This document shows positions 41,401 through 50,671 of a stretch of 64,000 bases of DNA, one piece after another. This DNA is from Alphaproteobacteria bacterium (GTDB lineage Bacteria; Pseudomonadota; Alphaproteobacteria; UBA828), in the NCBI GenBank assembly GCA_965237415.1, contig CBDEFM010000002.1, positions 928,001-992,000 of the forward strand. Direction: 5' to 3'. How positions within the stretch are numbered: the stretch's first letter is position 1; every line of letters begins with the position of its first letter. Both the position numbers and the translations under genes were made by a program. The notes beneath the pieces were generated by a model that saw nothing but the letters and a program-made list of their open reading frames with translations, was not told the DNA's origin and did not search any database.

Positions 41401-41876
41401 AGGGCGCGCGCGGCCTCGACCTGACCGTCCAGGAGGAGCCGCCCGACCGGGCCGGCTGGCCCGCCCGTGAGCGCCAACAATCCCTCCGCCCGCGCGGCCA
41501 CCTCGTCCAAGGTGACGAGGGGCCGCCCGCCGGCGCCGCCCTGGATAAAGGCTTCGCTGGTCAGCGCCGTGAGGTTGCGATAGCCGGCTTCGTCCTGCGC
41601 GAGCAGCAGCAGCCACGATACCGCGCGGCTCTGTTGGCCGGGTTGGTCGGTGCGCGTGCCGATCGCGAGGTCGCAGCCGATGATGGGCTGCACGCCCCCC
41701 TCGCTGCACGCCTCCGAGAATGCCAGCGCACCGAACATGTTGCCGCGATCGGCGATGGCGCAGGCTGGCATTCGCCAGTCGCGGCACGTCTCGACGAGCT
41801 CGTCGAGCCTGACCGCACCCTCCAGCAGCGAATAGGCGGAGCGGACCCGAAGGTGGACGAAATCGGTGTGGGCCAT
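38403..41876 (-). CDS. dnaE: DNA polymerase III alpha subunit
   Basis: FVHL...YSLLEG PHP domain, GPGRGSGAGS, SMPDFDIDF, GYGFNKSH. Confidence 0.98.
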   Translation of the reverse strand: MAHTDFVHLRVRSAYSLLEGAVRLDELVETCRDWRMPACAIADRGNMFGALAFSEACSEGGVQPIIGCDLAIGTRTDQPGQQSRAVSWLLLLAQDEAGYRNLTALTSEAFIQGGAGGRPLVTLDEVAARAEGLLALTGGPAGPVGRLLLDGQVEAARALLARLGEIFPDRLYVELMRHGLAEEEQIEAHLIELADKLDLPLVATNDVYFLRSEMHEAHDVLLCVAQNSHVEDENRRRLTPRHFFRPAEEMRALFADVPEAVDNTVVIARRCAVMAPVRKPILPAFTTAGDTSEAETLRAEAKEGLERRLEAEVYRDDMDSAACGAAAAAYRERLAYELGVIIEMQFAGYFLIVADIVRWARGEGIPVGPGRGSGAGSVVAWALTVTDLDPLRFGLLFERFLNPERVSMPDFDIDFCPERRDEVIDYVCRRYGKDRVAQIITFGKLQARAVLRDVGRVLGLGYGRVDRLCKLVPYNPANPVTLQQALDTEPRLATERDNDSTIARLIEISLQLEGLYRHASTHAAGIVIGDRPLSELVPLYRDPRSEMPATQFSMKYAEMSGLVKFDLLGLKTLTVLDDASEILREAGVEIDLASVPLDDEATYEMLGRGTAMGVFQLESAGMRDALRSLKPDCIEDIIALVALYRPGPMDNIPRYIACKHGREKPDYLHPKLTGILKETFGVIIYQEQVMEIAKVLAGYSLGGADLLRRAMGKKIKAEMDAQRETFVKGALANDVARADASRIFDLVAKFAGYGFNKSHAAAYALVAYQTAYLKANHPVEFLAASMSLEINNVDRLELFRRELERLGIPLLPPDINASRATFSVEQLADGTKAIRYALGAIRNVGVQAMTALADERAESGPYRDPFDFAGRIDPHQINRRQIENLAKAGAFDSLTSNRRQLADGAEVLLAFSSAARLSCTQASLFDDTDATLAPRPSLPEQEDWDLNERLAAEQEAVGFYLSAHPLDSYVDALKGLSVTPSAQVAQQLASGVTRFRLAGVVLSVRERGPGSRRYAFIQLSDPSGSYEVAAFRETYGDGRGVLEPGKPVLVTAQARMEGEDVKLSAQSFDDLDARLSRNLTGLAVHVHHTDVLAPLSAILAKRQEGSGRIAIFVETGDAVTVEIELPTAYALSPSLSAEIGGLGGVSDVRELPAVRPV

Positions 41877-42059
41877 GGCGATGCCAACTCGAATCGATGC
41901 AGGACGCGGACGGCCGATAGATGCCACACGCCAGCGCGGCCGTCACGCTTCGCCGTGGCGAGCGCGGAACGCTATGAAACAAAGACGCAACGGAGATGGC
42001 TCTAAGAGCCGCGCTTTGCTAGGATCGCCGATCTGCCGATTGAATTGGGGCCCAGCGAC

Positions 42060-42710
42060 ATGGACGAGCACGGACAAGGACAGACTTATCGGGAAGAGAC
42101 CGCCCTGCGCGAGACCATGGGCGAGACCATGGAAATCTCGGAGAAGAAGTGCATCCCCTCGCTGGACAAGCACTGCAAGGCGTTCATCGAGCGCTCGCCC
42201 TTCCTCTGCATCGGCACCAGCCGCTCTGGCGGCCGCGCCGACGTGTCGCCGCGCGGCGACCCGCCCGGTTTCGTCCAGATTCTGGACGACAGCACGCTCT
42301 TCATTCCGGATCGGCCCGGCAACAACCGGCTCGATACGATGACCAACATCATCGAGAACCCGAATGTCGGCCTGCTCTTCCTGGTCCCCGGATTCGACGA
42401 CACGCTGCGCGTGAACGGCAAGGCGACGATCATCCGGGACGATGCGTTGGCACAGGCCACCGCGGTCAATGGCAAGGAGCCGAAGGTAGGCATCAAGGTC
42501 GAAGTCCAGGAGGCATTCCTGCACTGCGCCAAGGCGTTCAAGCGCTCGCGGCTCTGGGACGAAGAGAGCAAGCAGGACCGCCGCGAACTGCCATCGCTTG
42601 GCCGGATAATCCTGGAGCAGACGGCTCCGCCGGAAGAGCCGCCAACGGAAGAGACGGTCAAGGAGACCGACGAGTTCGTCGAGGAGAACTATCGCACCGA
42701 GCTCTATTAG
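42060..42710 (+). CDS. Pyridoxamine 5'-phosphate oxidase-like FMN-binding protein
   Basis: DVSPRGDPPGFV, PDRPGNNRLD, LRVNG, FLHCAKAFKRS. Confidence 0.87.
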   Translation: MDEHGQGQTYREETALRETMGETMEISEKKCIPSLDKHCKAFIERSPFLCIGTSRSGGRADVSPRGDPPGFVQILDDSTLFIPDRPGNNRLDTMTNIIENPNVGLLFLVPGFDDTLRVNGKATIIRDDALAQATAVNGKEPKVGIKVEVQEAFLHCAKAFKRSRLWDEESKQDRRELPSLGRIILEQTAPPEEPPTEETVKETDEFVEENYRTELY

Positions 42711-42774
42711 CCCGGAACCGAGACTCCGGCCTCACCGGCGCCGCGCGGTGCACGCCAGCAGCAGGAGCTTCGCC

Positions 42775-43317
42775 ATGATGGAACGGATCGACGTCACCCC
42801 CGAGTATATGGAGAGCGAGCGCGTCGCGCGCTTCAAGGACCTGAAGTCGAGCGCTCATGCGTTCGTCGATGCGCTGATCCCGGGCTATGAGCGGGACATT
42901 TACAACATCATCGGCCGCGGCGTGGTCGAGGATAAGGAGCTCAAGCCGCCGATCACCGACAACCGCGACTTCAATGTCGGCCTGATCAAGGCGGAGCCCG
43001 GCAAGGGCGCTTCGCTGCACATTCACGAGACCAACGAGGTGTTCATCCCGCTGACCGGCAAGTGGGGCATCTACTGGCAGAACAGCGACGGCCAGCGCCA
43101 CGAGGTCGTGCTCGAGCCTTACGACACCGTATCGGTTCCCATCGGCGCGAGTCGGGGCTTCCGCAACGCGGGCGACGGGACAGCGCTCATGCTCGCCGTG
43201 GTGGGCGGCACCGATCCGGGCAAGGTTCACTGGCCCGAGGAGACGATCGAGGAAGGGCAGCGCCACGGCATCGGCCTCGACGAAAACGGCGACCTCGTGC
43301 GGCTCGAAGAAACCTGA
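42775..43317 (+). CDS. Cupin domain protein
   Basis: LHIHETNEVF, SVPIGASRGFRN. Confidence 0.85.
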   Translation: MMERIDVTPEYMESERVARFKDLKSSAHAFVDALIPGYERDIYNIIGRGVVEDKELKPPITDNRDFNVGLIKAEPGKGASLHIHETNEVFIPLTGKWGIYWQNSDGQRHEVVLEPYDTVSVPIGASRGFRNAGDGTALMLAVVGGTDPGKVHWPEETIEEGQRHGIGLDENGDLVRLEET

Positions 43318-43340
43318 TCGGTAGACCGGTAACGTGTGTG

Positions 43341-43369
43341 GCGGCGGGGCGCTGATGTATCCCCGCCGC
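43341..43369 (+). terminator. GC hairpin after the cupin gene; IS insertion site
   Basis: GCGGCGGGG / CCCCGCCGC 9-bp stem. Confidence 0.5.
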
Positions 43370-44777
43370 TGTCGCTAGCAAGTGTATTTGTCCGGTTTTC
43401 GTAGCACATCATATGTCCGCTTCTGTTGTTGCGGTTTGCCCTGTGGACAAGTGGTCAGGCGCGGAGCGGCTGTCCACTTGTCCACAGGGCGCCGGCCGGT
43501 CGCGTCGAAGCGTCTCACGCGGCCTGCCGGGTTGGGGTTTCGATGGGCTCGCCGTTGGCGGTGTAGCGGGCGAGGCATCGGGGCCCGTGGAAGAGGGCGA
43601 GGGTTCCGTCCGGATACTCATGGACCCGGACCGTGGCCTTGACGTAGTGGTGTCTGGCCGGGGTAGCGGGGATCTGGAGGACGCGCCTTTCGTAGCGCAC
43701 GGTGTTGTCGCGGGCGACCGTGCGGTCTGTGCGGCGACAGAGGATGTCGTCGATCTGGCCGGGGTGTTCGAGGGGCACGAAGGCGCTGTCTTCGAGTTCG
43801 GGCGGGGTGGCGAAGCGGCGATTGTGGTCGGGCAGGTAGGTGTCTGCGATGAAGCGGTCGGCGGCTTTGACCGTCGCGATCCCCGCCAGCGCCAGTTCCT
43901 TGACGAGGCGGTCCTGGAGGGTGCCGAAGGCGCGCTCGGAGCGGCCGCGGGCCTCGGGCGAATAGGCAGCGATGTGCTCGATGCCGAGCTGATGGAGGGC
44001 GCGGCCGACCTGGGTGTGTTGATCCTTGGCGACCTTGCCGCCTGCCTCGGGGGTGTGGAAGTAGTGGCTGCCACGGTCGGTGTAGAGGCTGCTGGGCATC
44101 CCCTTGTCGGTGAACACCTGCTTCAGCGCCCGGAAGGTGGACGCGGTGCCTTCCTCCTCGACCAGGAAGGCCGAATAGATCTCTGAGGTGGCGTCGTCCA
44201 TGGTGACGATCAGGTCGCACGCCGCCTGGCCGGCCAGCCACTCATGGCGTGAGCCGTCCTGATGGAGCATCATGCCGACGCAGGGCTTGCGCGGGCGCCG
44301 GCGACGGTGGGCGCCGCGCCTGGGTGCCTTGGACACCAGGCCTGCGCGCTGCAAGGTGGTCTTGGTCCAGGTGTAGCTCCAGGCGAAGCCATGGTGGGCG
44401 CAGAGATGGTCGTGGAAGTGCTTGACCGTCCAGCCCGTATGGCGGGTTCGGTACTGCTCGAGCACCCATTCGATCCGGTCGGCCGGCACGCGGCGCGCGG
44501 ACGCCTTGTCGAGCCTTCGGTCGAACAATCCGTCGAGGCCATCGTCCTCGTAGCGGCGCCGGTAGCGGCGGAAGCTCCGCTCGCTCATCCCCAGCATCTC
44601 CGCCGCCTCCAGCGCAGACAGGCGTCGTGCCTGCCAGTGCCCCAGCACATTCTGAAACGTCTGCATCCTGCGTTCCTGTAGCAACGTCGTCCGGCTCATC
44701 GCGGTCCCTCCCCACGGAGACACCAAACCGGACAACTCGTGTGCTACCTAAACCGGACACATCATGTGCTAGCGACA
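43370..44777 (-). mobile_element. IS1202-family-like insertion sequence, copy 2 (intact, 1408 bp, 17-bp target duplication)
   Basis: Ends TGTCGCTAGCA...TGCTAGCGACA; TGATGTATCCCCGCCGC at 43353-43369 and 44778-44794. Confidence 0.93.
43515..44699 (-). CDS. DDE transposase, same protein as 2914..4098
   Basis: Identical translation in the ORF track. Confidence 0.93.
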   Translation of the reverse strand: MSRTTLLQERRMQTFQNVLGHWQARRLSALEAAEMLGMSERSFRRYRRRYEDDGLDGLFDRRLDKASARRVPADRIEWVLEQYRTRHTGWTVKHFHDHLCAHHGFAWSYTWTKTTLQRAGLVSKAPRRGAHRRRRPRKPCVGMMLHQDGSRHEWLAGQAACDLIVTMDDATSEIYSAFLVEEEGTASTFRALKQVFTDKGMPSSLYTDRGSHYFHTPEAGGKVAKDQHTQVGRALHQLGIEHIAAYSPEARGRSERAFGTLQDRLVKELALAGIATVKAADRFIADTYLPDHNRRFATPPELEDSAFVPLEHPGQIDDILCRRTDRTVARDNTVRYERRVLQIPATPARHHYVKATVRVHEYPDGTLALFHGPRCLARYTANGEPIETPTRQAA

Positions 44778-44794
44778 TGATGTATCCCCGCCGC

Positions 44795-44825
44795 TTGACA
44801 GCCTGTAACCACGCGGTAATGTCGC
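44795..44825 (+). promoter_or_regulatory. Putative sigma70 promoter of rpmG
   Basis: Perfect TTGACA at 44795-44800; -10 region degenerate. Confidence 0.4.
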
Positions 44826-44861
44826 CGCGTCCGTGACACTAGCAAGAGCCGAGCGTATCCG

Positions 44862-45029
44862 ATGGCCAAGGCCAACAGCATCATCATCAAGCTCGTCAGC
44901 TCGGCGGGCACGGGGTTCTACTACACGACGCGCAAGAACCCGCGCGGTCAGACCGAAAAGCTTTCGCTCCGTAAGTTCGACCCCGTGGCCCGCAAGCACG
45001 TGATCTTCAAGGAAGCGAAGATCAAGTAG
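44862..45029 (+). CDS. rpmG: 50S ribosomal protein L33 (missing from the ORF track)
   Basis: Manual translation [55 protein letters not shown]. Confidence 0.97.
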   Translation: MAKANSIIIKLVSSAGTGFYYTTRKNPRGQTEKLSLRKFDPVARKHVIFKEAKIK

Positions 45030-45046
45030 AACCCGCAGGATCCGTC

Positions 45047-45532
45047 ATGCCATACGGGCGGCAACGCCGGCGCGCCGGCGTTGCAATCTCGGTCGCGTTA
45101 GCCGTGGGCCTGCTTCAGTCGCTCGTCCTCGCACCGGCTGCGGCGCGGGCGGATATGCAGGCCGGTTGGCAAGCGTACACGGCCGGCGACTACGAGACGG
45201 CGATCAGGGAATGGCAGCCGCTCGCCGAAGACGGCGACTATCAGGCCGCGTACGCGCTCGGCATGGCGTTTCAGATCAAAGGGGAGACCGCGAGCGCGGT
45301 GCCCTGGTACGAGCAGGCGGCCAGCGCCGGACTGGCCGAGGCGCAGATCCTGCTCGGTACGATCTATGCGCGGGGCAACGATGTGCCCCGCGACCTGGTG
45401 CGCGCGTACGCCTGGCTCTACCGGGCAGTCGAGAAGAACAGCCCGAATGCCCAGCTCATCCTCGAGTCCGTCGCGGGCCTGATGACCCCTGAAGAGATCG
45501 AGGCGGCGAAGGCGCTCAGCGCGACGCTTTAG
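45047..45532 (+). CDS. Secreted Sel1/TPR repeat protein
   Basis: Signal peptide; A..GDYETAIREWQPLAE.G, AQILLG.IY..G..VPRD..RAYAW. Confidence 0.85.
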   Translation: MPYGRQRRRAGVAISVALAVGLLQSLVLAPAAARADMQAGWQAYTAGDYETAIREWQPLAEDGDYQAAYALGMAFQIKGETASAVPWYEQAASAGLAEAQILLGTIYARGNDVPRDLVRAYAWLYRAVEKNSPNAQLILESVAGLMTPEEIEAAKALSATL

Positions 45533-45850
45533 CGCTCGCTTTCCCTGCCGGTGCGGGCCCCTGACGGCTCCACCCCTTTCCCCGCATTCACGCTTTGCGA
45601 CGTCCCGAACGTGCTCGGCACTTGTGCGTTTTGGCAGCCGGTGGCCATCGATGCTATCCTGATTTGCGCCGACCGCGTCGAGAGTTGGCGGCGGTCGAGG
45701 CGCGGCGGAGAAGAAGAACGAGGCCACGTGCCGCACGGCGGCGACAATGCCGCCTGGGAGCACAAAGCATAGGAAGCGCGCACCCATCTCGAAGACATCT
45801 CGCGCTTACGCGGCCAAGGCCCGCGTCGGTGCGCATAGAGGGGAGAAGAC

Positions 45851-46897
45851 ATGATGGCAGCGAAGTTGCACAGAATGGCGTTGTCGGCGCTCGTAGCGAT
45901 CGGCCTGGCCGCAGTCGTCACCGGCGCACAGGCGCAGGAGATCGACACGATCGCGGTGCTGGTGCCTGAGCAGGGCACCGACTACGGCTGGAACCAGCAG
46001 GGCGTCGATGCGGCCAGGGCGGTCGGCGAGGCCATGGGACTCGAGGTGATTGCGGCCGAGGGCCTCGGCTACGGCGACGTGCGCCCGACGCTGCGCGAGC
46101 TTGCGGCGGAAGGCGCCGACCTGATGATCGCCCATGCCAGCGGCTACAACTCCGCCGCGCCGGAAGTCGCAAACGATACCAAGGTCGCGGTCGCGATCGT
46201 CGACGATCCCAACGCCGCGACGCCGGGCCTCGTCGCCGACTACACGGTGAGCGGGCATCAGGGCGCCTATCTCGCCGGCATGCTGGCGGCGCAGCTCTCG
46301 CGCACGGGCACGCTCGGCATCGTCGTCTCCGGCGAGCCGCCGTCGTGGAACTCGCAGTCCGCCGGCTTCGCCATGGGGGCCCGGGCGGCCAATGCCGACG
46401 TGAGTCTCGTCTACGCGGTGATCGGGCCGGCGGCCTATGCCGACGCGGCCGGCGGCAAGCGGGTCACGGAAGCAGTGATCGCCGCCGGCGCCGACATCGT
46501 CTTCGGCCAGGGCGACGGCTCCACCTTCGGCATGCTCCAGGCGGTCGAGACGGTGCCGGCCACAGACGGCGGCAAGGTGCTCTTCATCGACGTGATCGGC
46601 GACAAGACCGAGATCGACAAGGGGCATCTGCTCTCGTCGGTGGTCTGGAACCTGGTGCCGGTCTACACCGCGATGGTCGAGGACCTGAAGAGCGGCGCGT
46701 TCGGCACAGTGAACTATGCCATCCAGCTCGCCGATGACTCGGTACAGCTGCTGCGCACCGCGCACATCTCAGACGAGATGTGGAGTGGGCTGATGGATGC
46801 CCGGGCCAAGATCGTCGCGGGCGAGATCGAGGTGCCCGCGGTTTGGGAGGCCACGGACGTGCGCGCGATGATGTCGTCGGTCGAGGCGACTGAGTAG
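45851..46897 (+). CDS. BMP-family ABC substrate-binding protein (putative vitamin B6 transporter)
   Basis: DYGWNQQG, AHASGY, GAYLAG, GADIVFGQG; in an operon with a pyridoxolactonase. Confidence 0.85.
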   Translation: MMAAKLHRMALSALVAIGLAAVVTGAQAQEIDTIAVLVPEQGTDYGWNQQGVDAARAVGEAMGLEVIAAEGLGYGDVRPTLRELAAEGADLMIAHASGYNSAAPEVANDTKVAVAIVDDPNAATPGLVADYTVSGHQGAYLAGMLAAQLSRTGTLGIVVSGEPPSWNSQSAGFAMGARAANADVSLVYAVIGPAAYADAAGGKRVTEAVIAAGADIVFGQGDGSTFGMLQAVETVPATDGGKVLFIDVIGDKTEIDKGHLLSSVVWNLVPVYTAMVEDLKSGAFGTVNYAIQLADDSVQLLRTAHISDEMWSGLMDARAKIVAGEIEVPAVWEATDVRAMMSSVEATE

Positions 46898-47019
46898 CGC
46901 ACGTAGAGAGCGCGGGCGGCGCCCGACGGCGGAGAGGCTCCGCACGCCGGGCGTCCCTGCCTCGTTTCCCGCGGCCGCCGCGGCGCCGCCCTAGCTGACC
47001 GGGAGCACGTGGCCTGACC

Positions 47020-48597
47020 ATGGCGTCCCGTCCTCTTGAGCGTGTCGCCGAAACGACCGAACCGGTCGTCGTGCTGCGGGATATCACGAAGCGCTTCCCC
47101 GGAGTCGTTGCCAACGACGAAATTTCGCTCGCCGTCTACCCGGGGGAGGTTCACGCGCTGCTCGGCGAGAACGGCGCCGGCAAGTCGACGCTGATCTCGA
47201 TTCTCTCGGGCATGCAGCGCCCGGATACGGGCACGATTGAGATTCGCGGCCGCGAGACCCGAATCGCGAGCCCGCGCACCGCGCTCGACCACGGCATCGG
47301 CACCGTCTATCAGCATCCGACACTGGTGCCGTCCTTGACCGTGCTCGAGAACCTGATGCTGGGTGCCTCGTGGCGTGCCCCCATGAACCGGACGGCGACC
47401 CGCGCAAGGCTGAGCGAGATCACCGCGTTGCTCGGCATCGCTCTGCCGGAGGACGCGCCGCTCGGCTCGCTCTCGCTCGGCCAGCAGCAGCTCGCCGAAA
47501 TCGTCAAGGCGCTCTGGCGGGGCGAGAGCGTGCTGATTCTCGACGAGGCGACCTCGATGCTCACGCCCCAGGGCGTCGAGGATCTGGGCCGGGTCATCGG
47601 GCGGCTGCGCGACGCCGGAATCGCCGTCCTCTTCATCACCCACAAGCTGCACGAGGCGGTGAGCTTCGGCGATCGGGTCACGGTGCTCCGGCAGGGACGC
47701 AAGGTCGGCTCCCTCGCGCCGGAAACGCTCGCCGGGCTCGCGCCGCAGGAGGCGATCGACCATATCGTCGATCTCATGTTCGGCGCTGCGGCCGACGGGA
47801 CTGTGCCGGAACGGAGCCGCGCAGGGCGGGAGGCCGCGCCGGGCAAACGTGTGGCGATCGAGGTGAACGGCCTCCGCCCGGCTGGCAGCCCGGCAGCGGC
47901 CGGCGATGGCGGTGTGAGCTTCGCGGTACGTGAGGGAGAAATCTTCGGAATCGCGGGCGTGGACGGCAACGGCCAGAAACAGCTTGCCGAGGCGATCGCC
48001 GGGCAGCGCCCCGCCGACGCCGGCAGCATCGTGCTCGACGGCGAGGCGATCGAGGGGCTGAGCGTGCGCCAGCGCCAGCACGCGGGCCTGCGCTACGTCA
48101 CCGACGACCGGCTCGGCGAGGGCACGGTGTCCGCCTTCCCGGTCGGCCTCAACCTGCTGTTGAAGCGCATCGGCGACGCGCCGTTCTGGCGCCACGGGAT
48201 CATCCGCAACGCCGAGGTTGAACGCCACGCGCGCGCGCTCATCGCCGAGCACGATGTCCGCGTGCCGGGTCCCGGAACCCCGCTGGGCCACCTCTCCGGC
48301 GGCAACGTGCAGAAGGCTCTGCTCGCCCGCGAGCTCGACAACCAGCCCATGGCCGTCATCTACAACAAGCCGACCTACGGGCTCGACCTGAACAATATCC
48401 GCCGCGCCCGGCTGGCGATCTGCGCGCGCGCCGACCAGGGGGTCGCGACGATCCTGATTTCGACCGACCTGGACGAGATCCTCGAGCTTGCGGACCGCAT
48501 CGGGGTCATGCTCGACGGCCGCATGGTCGGCATCGTGGAGAATGACGGCGACGCGGCGCGCCGGGTCGGCGAGCTCATGATCGGAGTCGGCACCTAG
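47020..48597 (+). CDS. ABC ATP-binding protein (two-domain, CUT2 type)
   Basis: GENGAGKST, ILDEATS, LSGGNVQK. Confidence 0.93.
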   Translation: MASRPLERVAETTEPVVVLRDITKRFPGVVANDEISLAVYPGEVHALLGENGAGKSTLISILSGMQRPDTGTIEIRGRETRIASPRTALDHGIGTVYQHPTLVPSLTVLENLMLGASWRAPMNRTATRARLSEITALLGIALPEDAPLGSLSLGQQQLAEIVKALWRGESVLILDEATSMLTPQGVEDLGRVIGRLRDAGIAVLFITHKLHEAVSFGDRVTVLRQGRKVGSLAPETLAGLAPQEAIDHIVDLMFGAAADGTVPERSRAGREAAPGKRVAIEVNGLRPAGSPAAAGDGGVSFAVREGEIFGIAGVDGNGQKQLAEAIAGQRPADAGSIVLDGEAIEGLSVRQRQHAGLRYVTDDRLGEGTVSAFPVGLNLLLKRIGDAPFWRHGIIRNAEVERHARALIAEHDVRVPGPGTPLGHLSGGNVQKALLARELDNQPMAVIYNKPTYGLDLNNIRRARLAICARADQGVATILISTDLDEILELADRIGVMLDGRMVGIVENDGDAARRVGELMIGVGT

Positions 48598-48610
48598 CCC
48601 CGAAACCGCG

Positions 48611-49696
48611 ATGACGCAGGCGCCGACGGCACATGACGAGCGGCCCGCACCCAGCGTGACTGCGCTGCGTCGCTGGGCCGCGCCGGTCGCGACGGCGCTG
48701 TTGCCGATCGTGCTTGCGCTTGGCGTCGGCGCGCTGATCCTGCTGACTCTCGGCACCGATCCCGGTGCCTTCTACTACAACATCATCCGGCGCGGCCTGC
48801 TGAGCTGGATCGGTTTGCAGGACACGATCACCCGCTGCGCGCCGTTGCTCCTGCTCGGCGCGAGCCTGATCGTCGCCTTCCGCGCAGGCCTCTGGAACCT
48901 CGGTGTCGACGGGCAGTTCCTGCTCGCCGCCGTGATCGCCGCCGCGCTTGCGCCGGCTCTCGTCACGGTACTGCCGGTCTGGCTCGTGCTGCCCCTGGTG
49001 ATGGTTGTGGCGATGGCCGTGGGTGCCGTCTGGTCTCTGGTGCCGGCGGTGCTCAAGGCCTACCACGGCGTCAACGAGATCGTGACCACGCTGATGATGA
49101 GTTTCTTGGGCATCAGCGCGGCGAACGTCCTCATCAAGCTGCCCTTCGACGATCCCACCACCACCGTGCCGCAGACCGAGACCCTCGCGACCGACGACCG
49201 GCTGCCGCGACTCTTCGGCAGCACGATCAATGTCGGGGTGATCGTCGGCCTCGCGGTGATCCTTTTCATCCACTGGCTGATGACGCGGACGGCGTTCGGC
49301 CTGCGTCTGCGCGTCGTCGGCGCGAACCCGCGGGCGGCGGTGCACGTAGGGCTCCCGCTTGGCGCATTGATGGTTGCGGTGTTCGCGCTCAGCGCCGGCC
49401 TCGCGGGCCTCGCCGGTGCGGTCGAAATTCTCGGCGTCTGGGGCAATGTGCGGGCCGACTGGAACCCGGCCTACGGCCTGATGATCATCCCGCTCGTCTT
49501 CCTCGCCCGCTTCAACGGCATCGCCGTGATCGGCTTCGTTTTCTTCTTCGCCGTGCTCTCCATCGGCGGCGAGACCGCGTCGCGCAAGGCGGGGCTCCCC
49601 AACTACTTCATTCTGGTGCTGGTCGCGCTCATGCTGATCTTCCTGGCGCTGACCGAGTGGCTGGGCCAACGCCGCCAGATGGCAACGCGGGACTGA
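48611..49696 (+). CDS. ABC permease
   Basis: AFRAGLWNLGVDGQ, NEIVTTLM, GLRLRVVGANP. Confidence 0.9.
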   Translation: MTQAPTAHDERPAPSVTALRRWAAPVATALLPIVLALGVGALILLTLGTDPGAFYYNIIRRGLLSWIGLQDTITRCAPLLLLGASLIVAFRAGLWNLGVDGQFLLAAVIAAALAPALVTVLPVWLVLPLVMVVAMAVGAVWSLVPAVLKAYHGVNEIVTTLMMSFLGISAANVLIKLPFDDPTTTVPQTETLATDDRLPRLFGSTINVGVIVGLAVILFIHWLMTRTAFGLRLRVVGANPRAAVHVGLPLGALMVAVFALSAGLAGLAGAVEILGVWGNVRADWNPAYGLMIIPLVFLARFNGIAVIGFVFFFAVLSIGGETASRKAGLPNYFILVLVALMLIFLALTEWLGQRRQMATRD

Positions 49697-49702
49697 CCGG
49701 CC

Positions 49703-50641
49703 ATGTCGCAGGGCCTGCTCAGCGACGCATTCCTGATCTCGCTGATTGCGGGCGCGGTCGCGGCCGGCCTGCCGCTGCTGCTCGCGGGGCTTGGCGAGCA
49801 GGTATCGGAGAAGGCGGGCGTCCTCAATATCGGCATCGAAGGGATGATGCTGTTCGGCGCCTACGCCGGCTTCGCCACCGCTTTCGGCACGAATTCGCTC
49901 TGGCTCGGCTTCCTCGCGGGCGCGGCGGCTGGCCTCGTGATGGCGATGCTGATGGCGCTTTTCTGCGTCCGCCTGGGGCTCAACCAGATCGTGATCGGGA
50001 TCGCCCTCACCCTCGGCGCGGACGGCATCACCGCCCTCCTCCACCACGTGCAGTTCAGCCGCACCTATCCGCGATTGCCACGGGTCGAGACCCTGGACAT
50101 TCCCGGGCTGAGCGAAATCCCGATCATCGGGCCCAGCCTCTTCTCCCGGCACCCGATGGTCTACATCGCGATCATTCTGGTCGTGGCGCTCGCCCTGCTT
50201 TTCCGCAGCACGAACGTGGGGCTCAACCTCCAGGCCGCCGGCGACAAGCCCGACGCGCTCGACGCGGCCGGGATCAGCGTGACCGCGACTCGCACGTGGT
50301 CGGTGCTCTTCACGGGCGTCATGGCGGGGATGGGCGGCGCCTACATGGCGATGGTCGGAGCCGGAATCTTCGTCCCCTTCATGACCGGCGGCGCCGGCTT
50401 CATCGCCATCGTGCTGGCCATGCTGGCGCGGGGGCGGCCGATCTGGGTGTTGATCGGCGCCGTCCTCTTCGGCGCGAGCCTCTCGCTCACCACTGCGCTG
50501 CAAGTGGGCGGCGTCAATGTGCCGACCGACGTCGTGCAGATGCTGCCCTTCCTCATGGTCATGATCGTGCTGGTGATATTCGCCCGGCGGGCGAGCCTGC
50601 CGGCGGCGCTCGGCCTGCCCTACGTGCGGGGGCAGCGTTAG
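49703..50641 (+). CDS. ABC permease
   Basis: SEKAGVLNIGIEGMM, GFIAIVL, MLPF, PAALGLPY. Confidence 0.9.
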   Translation: MSQGLLSDAFLISLIAGAVAAGLPLLLAGLGEQVSEKAGVLNIGIEGMMLFGAYAGFATAFGTNSLWLGFLAGAAAGLVMAMLMALFCVRLGLNQIVIGIALTLGADGITALLHHVQFSRTYPRLPRVETLDIPGLSEIPIIGPSLFSRHPMVYIAIILVVALALLFRSTNVGLNLQAAGDKPDALDAAGISVTATRTWSVLFTGVMAGMGGAYMAMVGAGIFVPFMTGGAGFIAIVLAMLARGRPIWVLIGAVLFGASLSLTTALQVGGVNVPTDVVQMLPFLMVMIVLVIFARRASLPAALGLPYVRGQR

Positions 50642-50671
50642 ACTGGCCAGAGCAAGAGTGGGAGCGAGGCC

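Noticed and set aside
45533-45850. Riboswitch upstream of the B6-type transporter
   Set aside because: No TPP, FMN, cobalamin, SAM or glycine consensus recognised by eye; an Rfam scan would be needed.
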